Source of the DNA: an uncultured Acidobacteriota bacterium
Lineage (GTDB): Bacteria > Acidobacteriota > Vicinamibacteria > Vicinamibacterales > 2-12-FULL-66-21
Direction of reading: 5' to 3'
Length of the DNA: 64,000 nt
Assembly: GCA_963797625.1 (NCBI GenBank)
Contig: CAWCQI010000013.1
Span: 28,964-92,963 of the forward strand
The stretch's first letter is position 1, and every line of letters begins with the position of its first letter. The notes under the pieces were generated by a model. The model had not been told where the DNA came from, made no database searches, and saw nothing but the letters and a program-made list of their open reading frames with translations. A program made the translations under genes and the position numbers. Shown here piece after piece: positions 30,952 through 39,686 of the stretch.

Positions 30952-31448
30952 CGGCCGACAAGATTTATCTGGTCGGCTTCATGGCCGCTGGCAAGACGAC
31001 GGTGGCACATGCGCTGGCCAGTCGACTCGGCTGGCGCGCGGAAGACGTCGACGAGCTGATCGAGGCGCGGGAGCGGCGTCCGGTCGCCGAAATTTTCGCG
31101 CGCGCCGGTGAACCGTATTTCCGCAGCGTGGAAAGGGACATCCTCAAGGTGCTGCTGCCGTTGCGTCACGTCGTGGTGGCCACCGGCGGCGGCACGTTCG
31201 TCGAGCCCGACAATCGCGGCGCGATCAATCTGGATGGGCTGTCGGTCTGGCTCGATGTGCCGATCGACGTCGTCCTCGCGCGGCTGCCGGCGGACGGCCG
31301 ACGGCCGCTGGCGGCCGACCGCGTCCAGATGGAACGACTGTTCGCCGCCCGGCGCGTCGCCTACGCGCAGGCGCACGTGCGAATCGACGTCGGCGGCGCG
31401 TCGGCCGAAGCCATCGCCGAGCAGATCGCGGACCACGTCCGGCAGTAA
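30948..31448 (+). CDS. aroK: Shikimate kinase
   Basis: GFMAAGKTT P-loop; GTGA overlap with the aroA stop. Confidence 0.85.
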   Translation: MTADKIYLVGFMAAGKTTVAHALASRLGWRAEDVDELIEARERRPVAEIFARAGEPYFRSVERDILKVLLPLRHVVVATGGGTFVEPDNRGAINLDGLSVWLDVPIDVVLARLPADGRRPLAADRVQMERLFAARRVAYAQAHVRIDVGGASAEAIAEQIADHVRQ

Positions 31449-31454
31449 GCCCCG

Positions 31455-32192
31455 ATGCGCTATCTGATCATTGCGGACGTTCACGCGAACATCGAAGCGC
31501 TCACCGCCGTGCTGGACGCGGAGCGCAACTGGGATCATCTGCTCGTGCTCGGCGACCTCGTCGGCTATGGCGCGGCGCCGAATGAGGTGGTCGACCGCAT
31601 CCGCGGCCTGGATCCAGTCGCGGTCATCCGCGGCAACCACGACAAGGCGGCGTGCGGCATCGAGGATGGGAGCAACTTCAACCAGGTCGCGCGTCTGGCC
31701 GCTGTCTGGACACACGAGACGCTCACGCCCGACAACCGCCAGTACCTCAAGGAACTTCCGGCTGGCCCGGAGGCCATCGACGAGCACCTCGAGATCTGCC
31801 ACGGCTCGCCGTTTGACGAGGACCACTACATTTTCGATGGTGAAGACGCGCTGCGCGCGCTCAGTGCCAGCGTCCGTCCGCTCTGCATCTTCGCGCACAC
31901 CCACCTCCCGGTGGTCTTTCACTACGAGAACGAATCGTTCGATGGGTTCGTGCCGCAGGCCGACGAGGACACGACCGTCGCCCTCGTCCCGGATGCGCGT
32001 TATCTGGTCAATGCCGGGTCAGTCGGGCAGCCTCGCGACGGCGACCCTCGAGCCGCGTACGGGATCTACGACTCTCACGCGCTTTCGCTGACCCTCAAGC
32101 GCGTCGTCTATCCGGTCGACGCCGCCCAGCAGCGCATTCTGAGTGCCGGGTTGCCGGCGAGCCTGGCGAATCGATTGGCGGTGGGAAGGTAA
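31455..32192 (+). CDS. Metallophosphoesterase (YfcE/MJ0936-like)
   Basis: ADVHAN, GDLVGYG, GNHD, and later H motifs. Confidence 0.75.
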   Translation: MRYLIIADVHANIEALTAVLDAERNWDHLLVLGDLVGYGAAPNEVVDRIRGLDPVAVIRGNHDKAACGIEDGSNFNQVARLAAVWTHETLTPDNRQYLKELPAGPEAIDEHLEICHGSPFDEDHYIFDGEDALRALSASVRPLCIFAHTHLPVVFHYENESFDGFVPQADEDTTVALVPDARYLVNAGSVGQPRDGDPRAAYGIYDSHALSLTLKRVVYPVDAAQQRILSAGLPASLANRLAVGR

Positions 32193-32195
32193 TAC

Positions 32196-32266
32196 GGGTT
32201 CAGGGTTCAGGGTTCAGGGTTCAGGGTTCAGCAGGTCCGGGTTCAGGGCCGGACCTGTTCGGAGAC
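32196..32266. repeat. (GGGTTCA)x5 tandem array followed by a short hairpin
   Basis: gggttca x5, then caggtccgg gttcagg gccggacctg. Lies between convergent gene ends. Confidence 0.75.
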
Positions 32267-32388
32267 TTTGCCCGCTCTTCTCGCCTCTTGAGCTCCATCG
32301 CGTAGGCGTCTGCAGCGGCGCGCGAGCCGAGCACCCATCCGATCACGATGCCAATCAGCAACACCGCGGGGATGAAGATGAAATGCGC
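32221..32388 (-). CDS. Small single-TM protein at the end of the ccm operon (hypothetical)
   Basis: MTAAHFIFIPAVLLIGIVIGWVLG then a charged tail. The last codons are encoded by the heptamer array, so the 3' end is doubtful. Confidence 0.3.
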   Translation of the reverse strand, partial: AHFIFIPAVLLIGIVIGWVLGSRAAADAYAMELKRREERAKSPNRSGPEPGPAEP

Positions 32389-32405
32389 CGCCGTCATGTT
32401 GCCGA

Positions 32406-32711
32406 TCACCGGCGGTTCGCTCCTGCCACTCGCTGGGTGAGACTCGCCATCTCCTGCTCGACCTGACTCAGGCGACGCCAGATCGACCACACATACCCGA
32501 AGATCACCAGCCATGCCGCCGCGTACGCGGCCATGACCAGGGGCGCGGCTGGCAGCTGCTCCTTCTGCTGGATCTGATCGATCGGCACGAACCCTTCCTG
32601 TGCCGGACTCGGTGGTGGCTGCGCCTGGCTGGCGGCCGCCGCCGCGCCCCAGCACGTGACGAGCACGACGACAATGAGCACTAGCTGCCGCAATTTGTTG
32701 ATGCTGTTCAT
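32406..32711 (-). CDS. ccmD: CcmD-like (alternative CcmD family) small membrane protein
   Basis: Signal-like N-terminus, then AAYAAAWLVIFGYVWSIWRRLSQVEQEM. Sits immediately downstream of ccmC. Confidence 0.5.
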   Translation of the reverse strand: MNSINKLRQLVLIVVVLVTCWGAAAAASQAQPPPSPAQEGFVPIDQIQQKEQLPAAPLVMAAYAAAWLVIFGYVWSIWRRLSQVEQEMASLTQRVAGANRR

Positions 32712-32716
32712 AAGCG

Positions 32717-32792
32717 AATCCGTGTGATCCGTGTGATCCGTGTTTTTGCTGTTTTATCCGTGGCTGTTTTGTCCGTGGCCGCTATCCGTGGT
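32717..32792. repeat. GTGATCCGT-family array
   Basis: atccgtgtgatccgtgtgatccgtgtttttgctgttttatccgtggctgttttgtccgtggccgctatccgtgg. Confidence 0.7.
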
Positions 32793-33406
32793 CACTCGTC
32801 AAGCGCTAGATGAAGCGAATCGAGCTCGACTCGACGCCGTTCGAGCCGCGTCCGCATCGCGAACAACAACATGAAGAGGCCGAGGAATGCTACCGTCGAG
32901 AACCAGAGTGGCACGCCCATCGACACCGGAAGCGTCGGGACGACTGACGTCTTGGGGTGGAGCGTCCGCCAGAGATTGACCGACCAGTACACAAATGGGA
33001 CGTTGAACAGCCCGAACAGCCCGACTGCCGCCGACAAGCGCTCTGAGCCTGGCCCACCGAAACGCCGAAGCAGCAGGGTTGACACGAAAATCAGCCAGAG
33101 CACCAGCGTCGACGTCCCCCGCGCGTCCCACGACCACCAGACGCCCCACGCCTTGCGCCCCCACAACGGTCCCGTGATGAGTCCAATCAGTCCGAAGACC
33201 ACCACGAGCTCGGCTGCGGCGACCACCGCGATGTCAGCGTCCTTCCGCCGCGTGAACAGCACTCGTGCCGAAGCGATGCCGCACACCGCCGTCGCGGCGA
33301 ACATCCCCATCCAGGCCGAGAAGTGGAAGTAGAAGATTTTTTGCACGAGTCCCATCGACGACTCATACGGCGCGCCGACGATGAGCCACGGCGCGACGGC
33401 GAACAT
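32792..33406 (-). CDS. ccmC: Heme exporter protein CcmC
   Basis: WGVWWSWDARGT (WGxxWxWD). The frame stays open upstream (TLVFLPLALLTAA) toward ATG 33449, which is one base out of frame next to a C-run, so the N-terminus is probably ~14 aa longer. Confidence 0.8.
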   Translation of the reverse strand: MFAVAPWLIVGAPYESSMGLVQKIFYFHFSAWMGMFAATAVCGIASARVLFTRRKDADIAVVAAAELVVVFGLIGLITGPLWGRKAWGVWWSWDARGTSTLVLWLIFVSTLLLRRFGGPGSERLSAAVGLFGLFNVPFVYWSVNLWRTLHPKTSVVPTLPVSMGVPLWFSTVAFLGLFMLLFAMRTRLERRRVELDSLHLALDE

Positions 33407-33460
33407 CGCGGCGGTGAGGAGGGCGAGGGGGAGGAAGACGAGTGTGCATGATCGTGGTGT

Positions 33461-33562
33461 GCTCAGGGCTCAGGCTCAGGGCTCAGGGCTCAGGGCTCAA
33501 GCAAAACCTTCGACCACTTACTCGAAGATCTTGCCTGAGCCTTGAGCCTTAAGCCCTGAGCC
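33461..33562. repeat. Long hairpin with tandem-heptamer arms (GCTCAGG)n / (CCTGAGC)n
   Basis: gctcagggctcaggctcagggctcagggctcagggctcaagc pairs with gcctgagccttgagccttaagccctgagcc. Lies inside the operon, between ccmB and ccmC. Confidence 0.75.
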
Positions 33563-33571
33563 GCCTTGGCC

Positions 33572-34252
33572 CTATTCTGTCATCACCGCCTCAAACGTCC
33601 ACAGCGCGAGCGTCACGAACACGATGTCGAAAAACACGAGCATTGAGAGCCACGCCCGCGCCATGGGCAAGTCGACGTCGGGCTGCAGCAACGCGGCAGT
33701 GCCGCGCACGCCGGCGATGATGACCGGCACGGTAATCGGATAAAGAAGGATCGGCAGCAGCACGTCGCGGCTGCGCGTCCGCACCAGCATCGCCGCGAAC
33801 AACGTGCCCACGGCCGCGAACCCGAGCGTGCCAGTCAGGAGCAGCCCCGCCATCATCGCAGGATACCGAAAGAGCGGCGCCTGAAACAGAAAAGCGACCA
33901 TCGGAACGACGACGACCTCGACCGCGGCGAGCAGAATCAGAATACCCGTGAGCTTGCCCAGGTAGAGAGCGGGGCGCTCGGCTGGAGACATCAGGAGTCC
34001 GCGGAGCGTTTCGTTCTGCCGCTCCCGCTCGAATGCCCGGCCCAGCGCAAGCGTCCCCGAGAACGCGATGGCCACCCAGAGGATCCCTCCCGCCGCGCCG
34101 TCCACGGCGATGCCTTCCCGGACGAAGCTGAACGAGAACACCAGCATGACCGACACGGCGAAGAACAATGTCGTATAGACGATCTCGCGGCTGCGGAATT
34201 CAATCAGCAGGTCCTTGCGCATGACGAGCCAGACGGCTTCGAGCAGCTGCAT
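33572..34252 (-). CDS. ccmB: Heme exporter protein CcmB
   Basis: 226-aa, 6-TM ORF (LLIEFRSREIVYTTLFF..) flanked by ccmA and ccmC. Confidence 0.8.
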   Translation of the reverse strand: MQLLEAVWLVMRKDLLIEFRSREIVYTTLFFAVSVMLVFSFSFVREGIAVDGAAGGILWVAIAFSGTLALGRAFERERQNETLRGLLMSPAERPALYLGKLTGILILLAAVEVVVVPMVAFLFQAPLFRYPAMMAGLLLTGTLGFAAVGTLFAAMLVRTRSRDVLLPILLYPITVPVIIAGVRGTAALLQPDVDLPMARAWLSMLVFFDIVFVTLALWTFEAVMTE

Positions 34253-34286
34253 TCAGGGTCCTTGGCTAGCTTGGTAGCACGCGCGC

Positions 34287-34501
34287 GCTGAATCGGTAGT
34301 GATGCGGGCGCCCTCGCGGGTCCTGTCGCGTGGCAGCCCACAGGTGCTCGCGCGCCGCCATGGGGCTCAACGGGTCGCGCGCTGCGCGCCTGTGGCGCCG
34401 GCCTTCGCCAGAGGCTTCGGCCACGCTCGCCGGAGCTGCCACTCGATGCCAGCAAGCGAAGGCGGCCGCCACGCGCCACCCGCCGACACTACCGATTCAG
34501 C
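34287..34501. repeat. 215-bp GC-rich element bounded by perfect 15-bp inverted repeats (MITE-like or structured RNA)
   Basis: gctgaatcggtagtg (34287..34301) and cactaccgattcagc (34487..34501). Internal complementary segments (cccacaggtgc / gcgcctgtgg). It occupies most of the 269-bp ccmA-ccmB spacer. Confidence 0.55.
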
Positions 34502-34521
34502 TGGGTGATGGAAGCGTCCCA

Positions 34522-35221
34522 TCACACAGGTCCGCCCGCCTGGCGGTAACGCTCTCTCAGCGAACCGCCCGTCGCTGGCAGCGCCACCAGCCGTCCATCG
34601 CGCAACAGCACCGCTCGATCGATCACGTCGTCGATGAGTTCGAGGTCGTGTGTCGCCACGAGGACAATGCACCCGCGCGTGCGCAATTCCCCGAGCCGTG
34701 CGACCAGCGACGACGAGGCGGCGTCATCCAGACCGGTAAACGGTTCGTCGAGCAGCACCAGCCGCGGATCGTGCAGCAGCGCGCGCTCGAGCGTCAGCCG
34801 CTGCCGCATCCCCCGCGAGAAGCCCTGCACGGCGTCGTCTCGCCGCGCCGTCAGGTGCGCGCGCTCGAGGGCGGCGTCGACGCGCCGCGCGACATCGGCG
34901 ACGCGGTGCAGCCGGCCGTAAAACGTGAGGTTCTCGGCAGCGGTGAGCTCAGGATAGAGGTAGAGGTCGTGGCCGACGAGACCAATCCGCTGCCGCAGGC
35001 CCGGCGTCGCCCGCGCGTCGTGTTCGCCGTAGCGGACCGAGCCGCCCGAGGGCGAGATCAGCGTTGCAGCGATTGCGAGCAGCGTCGACTTGCCGGCGCC
35101 GTTTGGACCGATGAGCGCCACGATCTGCGCCACTCTCGCAGCGAAGCGACACGCGGTTGAGCGCCCAACGCCGGCCGTAACTGCGGGAAACGTCGGTGAA
35201 GCTGAGGGAGGCGAAATCCAT
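34522..35221 (-). CDS. ccmA: Heme exporter ATP-binding protein CcmA (frame shift near 35125)
   Basis: MDFASLSFTDVSRSYG in the frame of ORF 34949..35233. GPNGAGKST, FSRGMRQRL and LLDEP are in ORF 34522..35307. The span is 3n+1. Confidence 0.8.
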
Positions 35222-35233
35222 GCGCGCGCGCAA

Positions 35234-36463
35234 TCACGCGGCCTGACGATCGATCTCCGCGTAGACGCGCTCGAGTGCGGCGACGAGCTCGGCGCGCCGC
35301 GACGCATAGACTGCCGCGTCGACTCGCCCGGCGCGCTGCTGCTCCTCGAGAGCCGTCAGCTGGTCGAAGAGCTGGCTACGGCGCTTCTCGAGGCGGTCCT
35401 GACCTGACGTGCGGGCGGTTCGAGCGCGCAGGCTTCCCCAAACGCCGGCCGCGAGGATCCCGACCGCGATCGCGACTGCCAGATAGCGGGGCCAAAGCGG
35501 CTCGTGAGGCAGGTTGTCGAACTCGAACGACAGGCGCGCGCCCGTGCCCACGGCCGGTCCCTGACCGACGACGTACATCTGCCCCTCGGCAGGCATTTCG
35601 CGCTGTTCCGTCATCTGCGGCGACGTCAGGCGCATCTCGCCCACTTTCTGAGCGAGGACAATCACCCGGGCCAGCGGAACCGGCATCGTCTGTTCAATCG
35701 TCAGACTCCCGCCCGAGTACGGCATGGAGTAGGCGAACTGGATGTTGGTGACACCCGGCGCAAACGGCCCGGCCACCGAAATCTTCTTGCCCGCGACCGT
35801 CGCCTGCGGTGAAGAGTCTTTCAGGATGGTTGCGCCCGTCGCCCCAGCCGGCAGCTCGAACACGACCGGTCGCGGCGGCATCACCGGCGCGGCCGCGCTA
35901 TTCGCGAGCTGCAGAATGTTGAACACTGAAAGACTGCCGTCGCCAAACTCGAACACGAAACGTGATTGATCGCCGAGCACCACCGTGCCAGGCTGGGCCG
36001 GGACCGCGCGCGAATCTCCTGCGGCAGTGGCCGGCGCATTGGCATCGGTCGCTACCAGCAGCAGGCGCGTGCCTCCGCTCGCCGGCACGGCGAACTCCTG
36101 CGATTGCAGTCGCTCGCCCGCGACAGTGGCAACCGCCGAAACCCGAGCGCCGGGAGGCAGCCCGGCGAACTCGGCACGTCCGCTCGCGTCGGTCCTGACT
36201 GTCCGCGGCGCGCCCGCGCCGACGAGCTCGACCGGTTGATCCGGCAGATTGTTGGCGAGCGAGCCCTTGATGACGCGGACGACGACGGTGCCGACCGCAA
36301 TGTCGGAGACCGGCAGAGGGATACCGGCAACCGCCTTGGGATCCATCTGAGCGCTGACTGATTGCGGAACTGACAACAGCGCCGTAGTCAGCAGCATCAG
36401 GAGCGCCGCCGCGGACCGAGCGAAACCTCGTCGCGTCATCATCCAGATCATGATCAGGATCAT
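35234..36463 (-). CDS. Secreted beta-sandwich protein (carboxypeptidase-regulatory-like) with a C-terminal TM anchor and cytoplasmic coiled tail
   Basis: Signal peptide ..SVPQSVSAQ. VVVRVIKGS..RTDASGRAEFAGLPPG. TM YLAVAIAVGILAAGVWGSL, then LEKRRSQLFDQLTALEEQQRAGRVDAAVY. ATGA overlap with the upstream stop. Confidence 0.6.
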   Translation of the reverse strand: MILIMIWMMTRRGFARSAAALLMLLTTALLSVPQSVSAQMDPKAVAGIPLPVSDIAVGTVVVRVIKGSLANNLPDQPVELVGAGAPRTVRTDASGRAEFAGLPPGARVSAVATVAGERLQSQEFAVPASGGTRLLLVATDANAPATAAGDSRAVPAQPGTVVLGDQSRFVFEFGDGSLSVFNILQLANSAAAPVMPPRPVVFELPAGATGATILKDSSPQATVAGKKISVAGPFAPGVTNIQFAYSMPYSGGSLTIEQTMPVPLARVIVLAQKVGEMRLTSPQMTEQREMPAEGQMYVVGQGPAVGTGARLSFEFDNLPHEPLWPRYLAVAIAVGILAAGVWGSLRARTARTSGQDRLEKRRSQLFDQLTALEEQQRAGRVDAAVYASRRAELVAALERVYAEIDRQAA

Positions 36464-37098
36464 GCCGTCAGCTTCGCGCCGCACCGTTTGCAGAAGATCG
36501 CATCGCTGTCGTTCGATGTCCCACACGTGCAGAGCCCAGCGACGACGGCGGCGGGCGGTGGCTCAGCCTCTGGCGGTTGGTCGATGGCGTGCGCTGCCGT
36601 GCGGCCAGCCAACCGCGCGCCGAGCTCGCGCTCGATGATCGTCTTGTAGCCGCTCGCGTCTTCGTCGAGTTGCTTCATGAGCGACATCGCCCGCGAGCGC
36701 AGGCGGGATGCCATCTCCTCGAAATCGGCCTGAGACACCTTTCCCATCGACCGATCGAACTCCAGATCCTTGAGCGCCCTGAGTACCAGCGTCTTCTCAC
36801 GCGACAGTACCGCCCGGCCTCGCTCCGACAACGCTTCGCCGGCGACGGTCGAGCCGGCGCCAACTAAGGGCGACATCGTGCGGTAAAGGCCGGCCGCGGC
36901 GAGACCGGCCGCGGCGATCGTCAGGCTAATGAGGACCAGCTGTTCCGGCGTGGACTGCCGGGACATGATGACCGCCGCCGTCGCGGCGATGAGCGAGGCG
37001 AGGACGAAAAAATGCGAAGGCCGGAACGTCGCTGTCGTCTCGGGCGGACGTGCCGGCACTTCGCTCGCCCGGGCGGTCGAAGCATCACTAGACGCCAT
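36460..37098 (-). CDS. Two-TM membrane protein with a cytoplasmic coiled segment and a C-terminal zinc ribbon
   Basis: TMs FFVLASLIAATAAVI and LVLISLTIAAAGLAAAGL. LKDLEFDRSMGKVSQADFEEM. CTCG..FCKRCG. Confidence 0.55.
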   Translation of the reverse strand: MASSDASTARASEVPARPPETTATFRPSHFFVLASLIAATAAVIMSRQSTPEQLVLISLTIAAAGLAAAGLYRTMSPLVGAGSTVAGEALSERGRAVLSREKTLVLRALKDLEFDRSMGKVSQADFEEMASRLRSRAMSLMKQLDEDASGYKTIIERELGARLAGRTAAHAIDQPPEAEPPPAAVVAGLCTCGTSNDSDAIFCKRCGAKLTA

Positions 37099-37117
37099 TC
37101 GCTATCCAGGAATGCAT

Positions 37118-37165
37118 TCCGTGTGATCCGTGTGATCCGTGTGATCCGCGGCGTGATCCGCGTTC
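37118..37165. repeat. GTGATCCGT 9-mer tandem array
   Basis: ttccgtgtgatccgtgtgatccgtgtgatccgcggcgtgatccgcgttcc, directly downstream of the ccmF stop. Confidence 0.75.
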
Positions 37166-39619
37166 CTAGTCGAGGTCGCGGAGCTCATCATCGAGTCTCA
37201 CGTTGAGAGCGCCGTCGGCGGCGACCGCTTGTTCCCGCTGGGACGCGGCGTCGTGCCGCGACCATCGCTTGGCGGCGAGCGCGATCGCGCCCGCGCCGAC
37301 GATCCCAACGACGTATGGGAACATCCACGCCAGCCGATTGAAACCGGAATCAATCGGCGAAGTCAGGATGTCCTGTCCGCCGTGGTCGGCAACGAGGGCG
37401 CGGCGAATCTGATCGCGGGTCAGGCCCTGCGCGAAATAGGTGTCGAGCTTGGCGTTCAGTGCCTCGAGGCCGTGACAACTCGGCCCCATCGGACAGTTGT
37501 TCATGGGCGCGCGGCAGCCGCACGTGCACATGATGTCGTTTTCGACCTGCCGTCGCAGTTCGCTCTTCTCGGGAAGCGCGGTCGTGGCCTGCGCGAAACC
37601 GGCCGATGGCAGCAGCAACACCAGCAGCAACGCCGTCGTCGCCGCGCCTCCGGGAATCTTCGCGACCGCGAAGGCAAAGGCACTTTCGGGCAACAGCGCG
37701 ATGCCGGTCCCGATCGCCATCACCGCAAAGCCGAACCAGATCCAGTTGACCAGCGGATTGACGGTCACCGTGTAAGTGCCGGTCTGGGCCGAAGCGTCGT
37801 ACCCGGCGAGGACGATGTACAGATCCTCGGACGGCGAGCGGCGGATGGCCACTTCGGTCGTCGGTTCCTGCTCACGCTTGTTGAAGTACCACTTCGCCGG
37901 CGTCATGGTCCCGAGCGGCTTCCCGTCCTCGAACACGCTGACGTGCCCCGTCACCATCTGCTTCTGCCCGTCGGTCGTCACCCGCAACGCGTCGTGACGA
38001 ACGGTGAAATAGCCGACCTTCACCTCCTCGCCGGGCTTGAGCAGCGCCTGCTGTTCCTTCTTGAATCCTTCGCCGGCGAAGCCGAGGAAGATGAGGACGA
38101 TGCCGACGTGAACGATGTAACCGCCGTAGCGACGCTTCGATCGCCCGACGAGACCGACGAGCGCGGTGAAGATGTCGGTGCCGGAGGCGTCGCGACGGAC
38201 CTGAGCGCCGCGCACGAATTCCTGAGCGATGGTGGTCATGACCATCGCGCAGAGCGCGAAGCAGATGCCCGAGGCCCAGACGCGCATCCCCAGGCCAAAG
38301 AGCGCCGTCGCGGTGACGACGAAGGCGACGACCGGCCACTTCAACTGGTAAACGAGGTTGGAGGCCGTCGACTTGCGCCACGCGAGCAGCGGGCCGATGC
38401 CCGTCAGCGTGAGCAGGATCAAGCCAATCGGCAGCATCCAGCGGTTGAAGAAGGGCGCCCCGACGGTGAGCCGCTCACCCGTCACCGCCTCGCTGAGTGT
38501 CGGGAACATCGTCGCGAAGAGCACGAAGAACGCCGAAAAGAGCAGGATCCAGTTGTTCGCGAGGAACGCCGCCTCGCGGGAGACGAATGAATCGAGCTCG
38601 TGGCGCGCGCGCAGCAGCGGCAGGCGGTGGATCACCCAGCCAAAGCTGAAGGTCAGGATGAGGACCATGAAGATCGTGAACAGCATCGCCAGCTCGCGAT
38701 CCTCTCCGAACGCGTGGACCGACTGGACGACGCCGGAGCGGGTCATGAACGTCCCGAAGATCGTCAGAAAGAACGTGACGATGACCAGCGTGACGTTCCA
38801 CACCCGCAGCATCCCGCGCTGCTCCTGGACGCGCACGCTGTGGAGAAACGCCGTTGCCGTGAACCATGGGAGGAGCCCGGCGTTTTCAACCGGATCCCAC
38901 ATCCAGTAGCCGCCCCAGCCGAGTTCCTCGTAGGCCCACAGCATCCCGAGCGTCAGCCCGAACGAGAGAAACAGCCAGCCAATCATCGTCCAGCGGCGCA
39001 CCGCCCTCAGCCAGGCATCGTCGAGGTGCCCGGTCACGAGAGCGGCGATGCCAAAGGCAAACGGGATGGTCATCGACACGAACCCGACGTACATCGACGG
39101 CGGGTGGATGGCCATGTAGAAATTCTGGAGCAGCGGCGTCAGGCCAGCTCCGTCCGCCGGCGGCGTCGTCAAGAACGTCGAGAACGGGTTCTTGTGGATG
39201 ATCATCAGGAAGATGAAGAACATCTCCGTGGCGGCGATGACCGAGACGACGTAGGGAATCAATTCGCGATGGCGGTCGCGGTTCGTGTAGATCGCCACTG
39301 ACCCGAAGACCGACAGCAGCGAGACCCAGAACATGATCGAACCGTCGAGCCCGCCCCAGTACGACGCGATCTTGTAGGCCAGCGGCAGCGCGGTGTCGGA
39401 ATAGCGCTGCACGTACTTGATCGAGTAGTCACCGGTCACGAACGCGTGGATGAGCACCGCCGAGGCGACAATCATCAGCGCGGCCAGAAAGTAGAAGGCG
39501 CCGATCCCGCTCTCGACGAGTCGAGTGGAGCGGCGACGCGCGCCGGCGACAGACGCCGCAATCGCGTAGGCGCAGGTGACGAAGGCTGTGAGGAGAATGA
39601 AAGTACCGAGTGCCGGCAT
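37166..39619 (-). CDS. ccmF: Cytochrome c heme lyase subunit CcmF fused to a C-terminal CcmH-like domain
   Basis: 817 aa. WGGYWMWDPVEN WWD motif. The C-terminal ~150 aa read IMCTCGCRAPMNNCPMGPSC..GLTRDQIRRALVADHGGQDILTSP..LAWMFPYVVGIV (CcmH/NrfF-like layout plus a TM). Confidence 0.8.
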   Translation of the reverse strand: MPALGTFILLTAFVTCAYAIAASVAGARRRSTRLVESGIGAFYFLAALMIVASAVLIHAFVTGDYSIKYVQRYSDTALPLAYKIASYWGGLDGSIMFWVSLLSVFGSVAIYTNRDRHRELIPYVVSVIAATEMFFIFLMIIHKNPFSTFLTTPPADGAGLTPLLQNFYMAIHPPSMYVGFVSMTIPFAFGIAALVTGHLDDAWLRAVRRWTMIGWLFLSFGLTLGMLWAYEELGWGGYWMWDPVENAGLLPWFTATAFLHSVRVQEQRGMLRVWNVTLVIVTFFLTIFGTFMTRSGVVQSVHAFGEDRELAMLFTIFMVLILTFSFGWVIHRLPLLRARHELDSFVSREAAFLANNWILLFSAFFVLFATMFPTLSEAVTGERLTVGAPFFNRWMLPIGLILLTLTGIGPLLAWRKSTASNLVYQLKWPVVAFVVTATALFGLGMRVWASGICFALCAMVMTTIAQEFVRGAQVRRDASGTDIFTALVGLVGRSKRRYGGYIVHVGIVLIFLGFAGEGFKKEQQALLKPGEEVKVGYFTVRHDALRVTTDGQKQMVTGHVSVFEDGKPLGTMTPAKWYFNKREQEPTTEVAIRRSPSEDLYIVLAGYDASAQTGTYTVTVNPLVNWIWFGFAVMAIGTGIALLPESAFAFAVAKIPGGAATTALLLVLLLPSAGFAQATTALPEKSELRRQVENDIMCTCGCRAPMNNCPMGPSCHGLEALNAKLDTYFAQGLTRDQIRRALVADHGGQDILTSPIDSGFNRLAWMFPYVVGIVGAGAIALAAKRWSRHDAASQREQAVAADGALNVRLDDELRDLD

Positions 39620-39686
39620 GGTTGGGGTGCCTGCGGTTCTACTCAGTCGCGATCACGGCGATCGCGCCGTTGTGGTTCGTTCGGCG

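Noticed and set aside
34266-34508. Small ORFs (64-101 aa) in the ccmA-ccmB spacer as possible extra ccm subunits.
   Set aside because: They overlap each other in several frames on both strands, are Arg/Ala-rich with no RBS, and the region is better explained by an inverted-repeat-bounded non-coding element.
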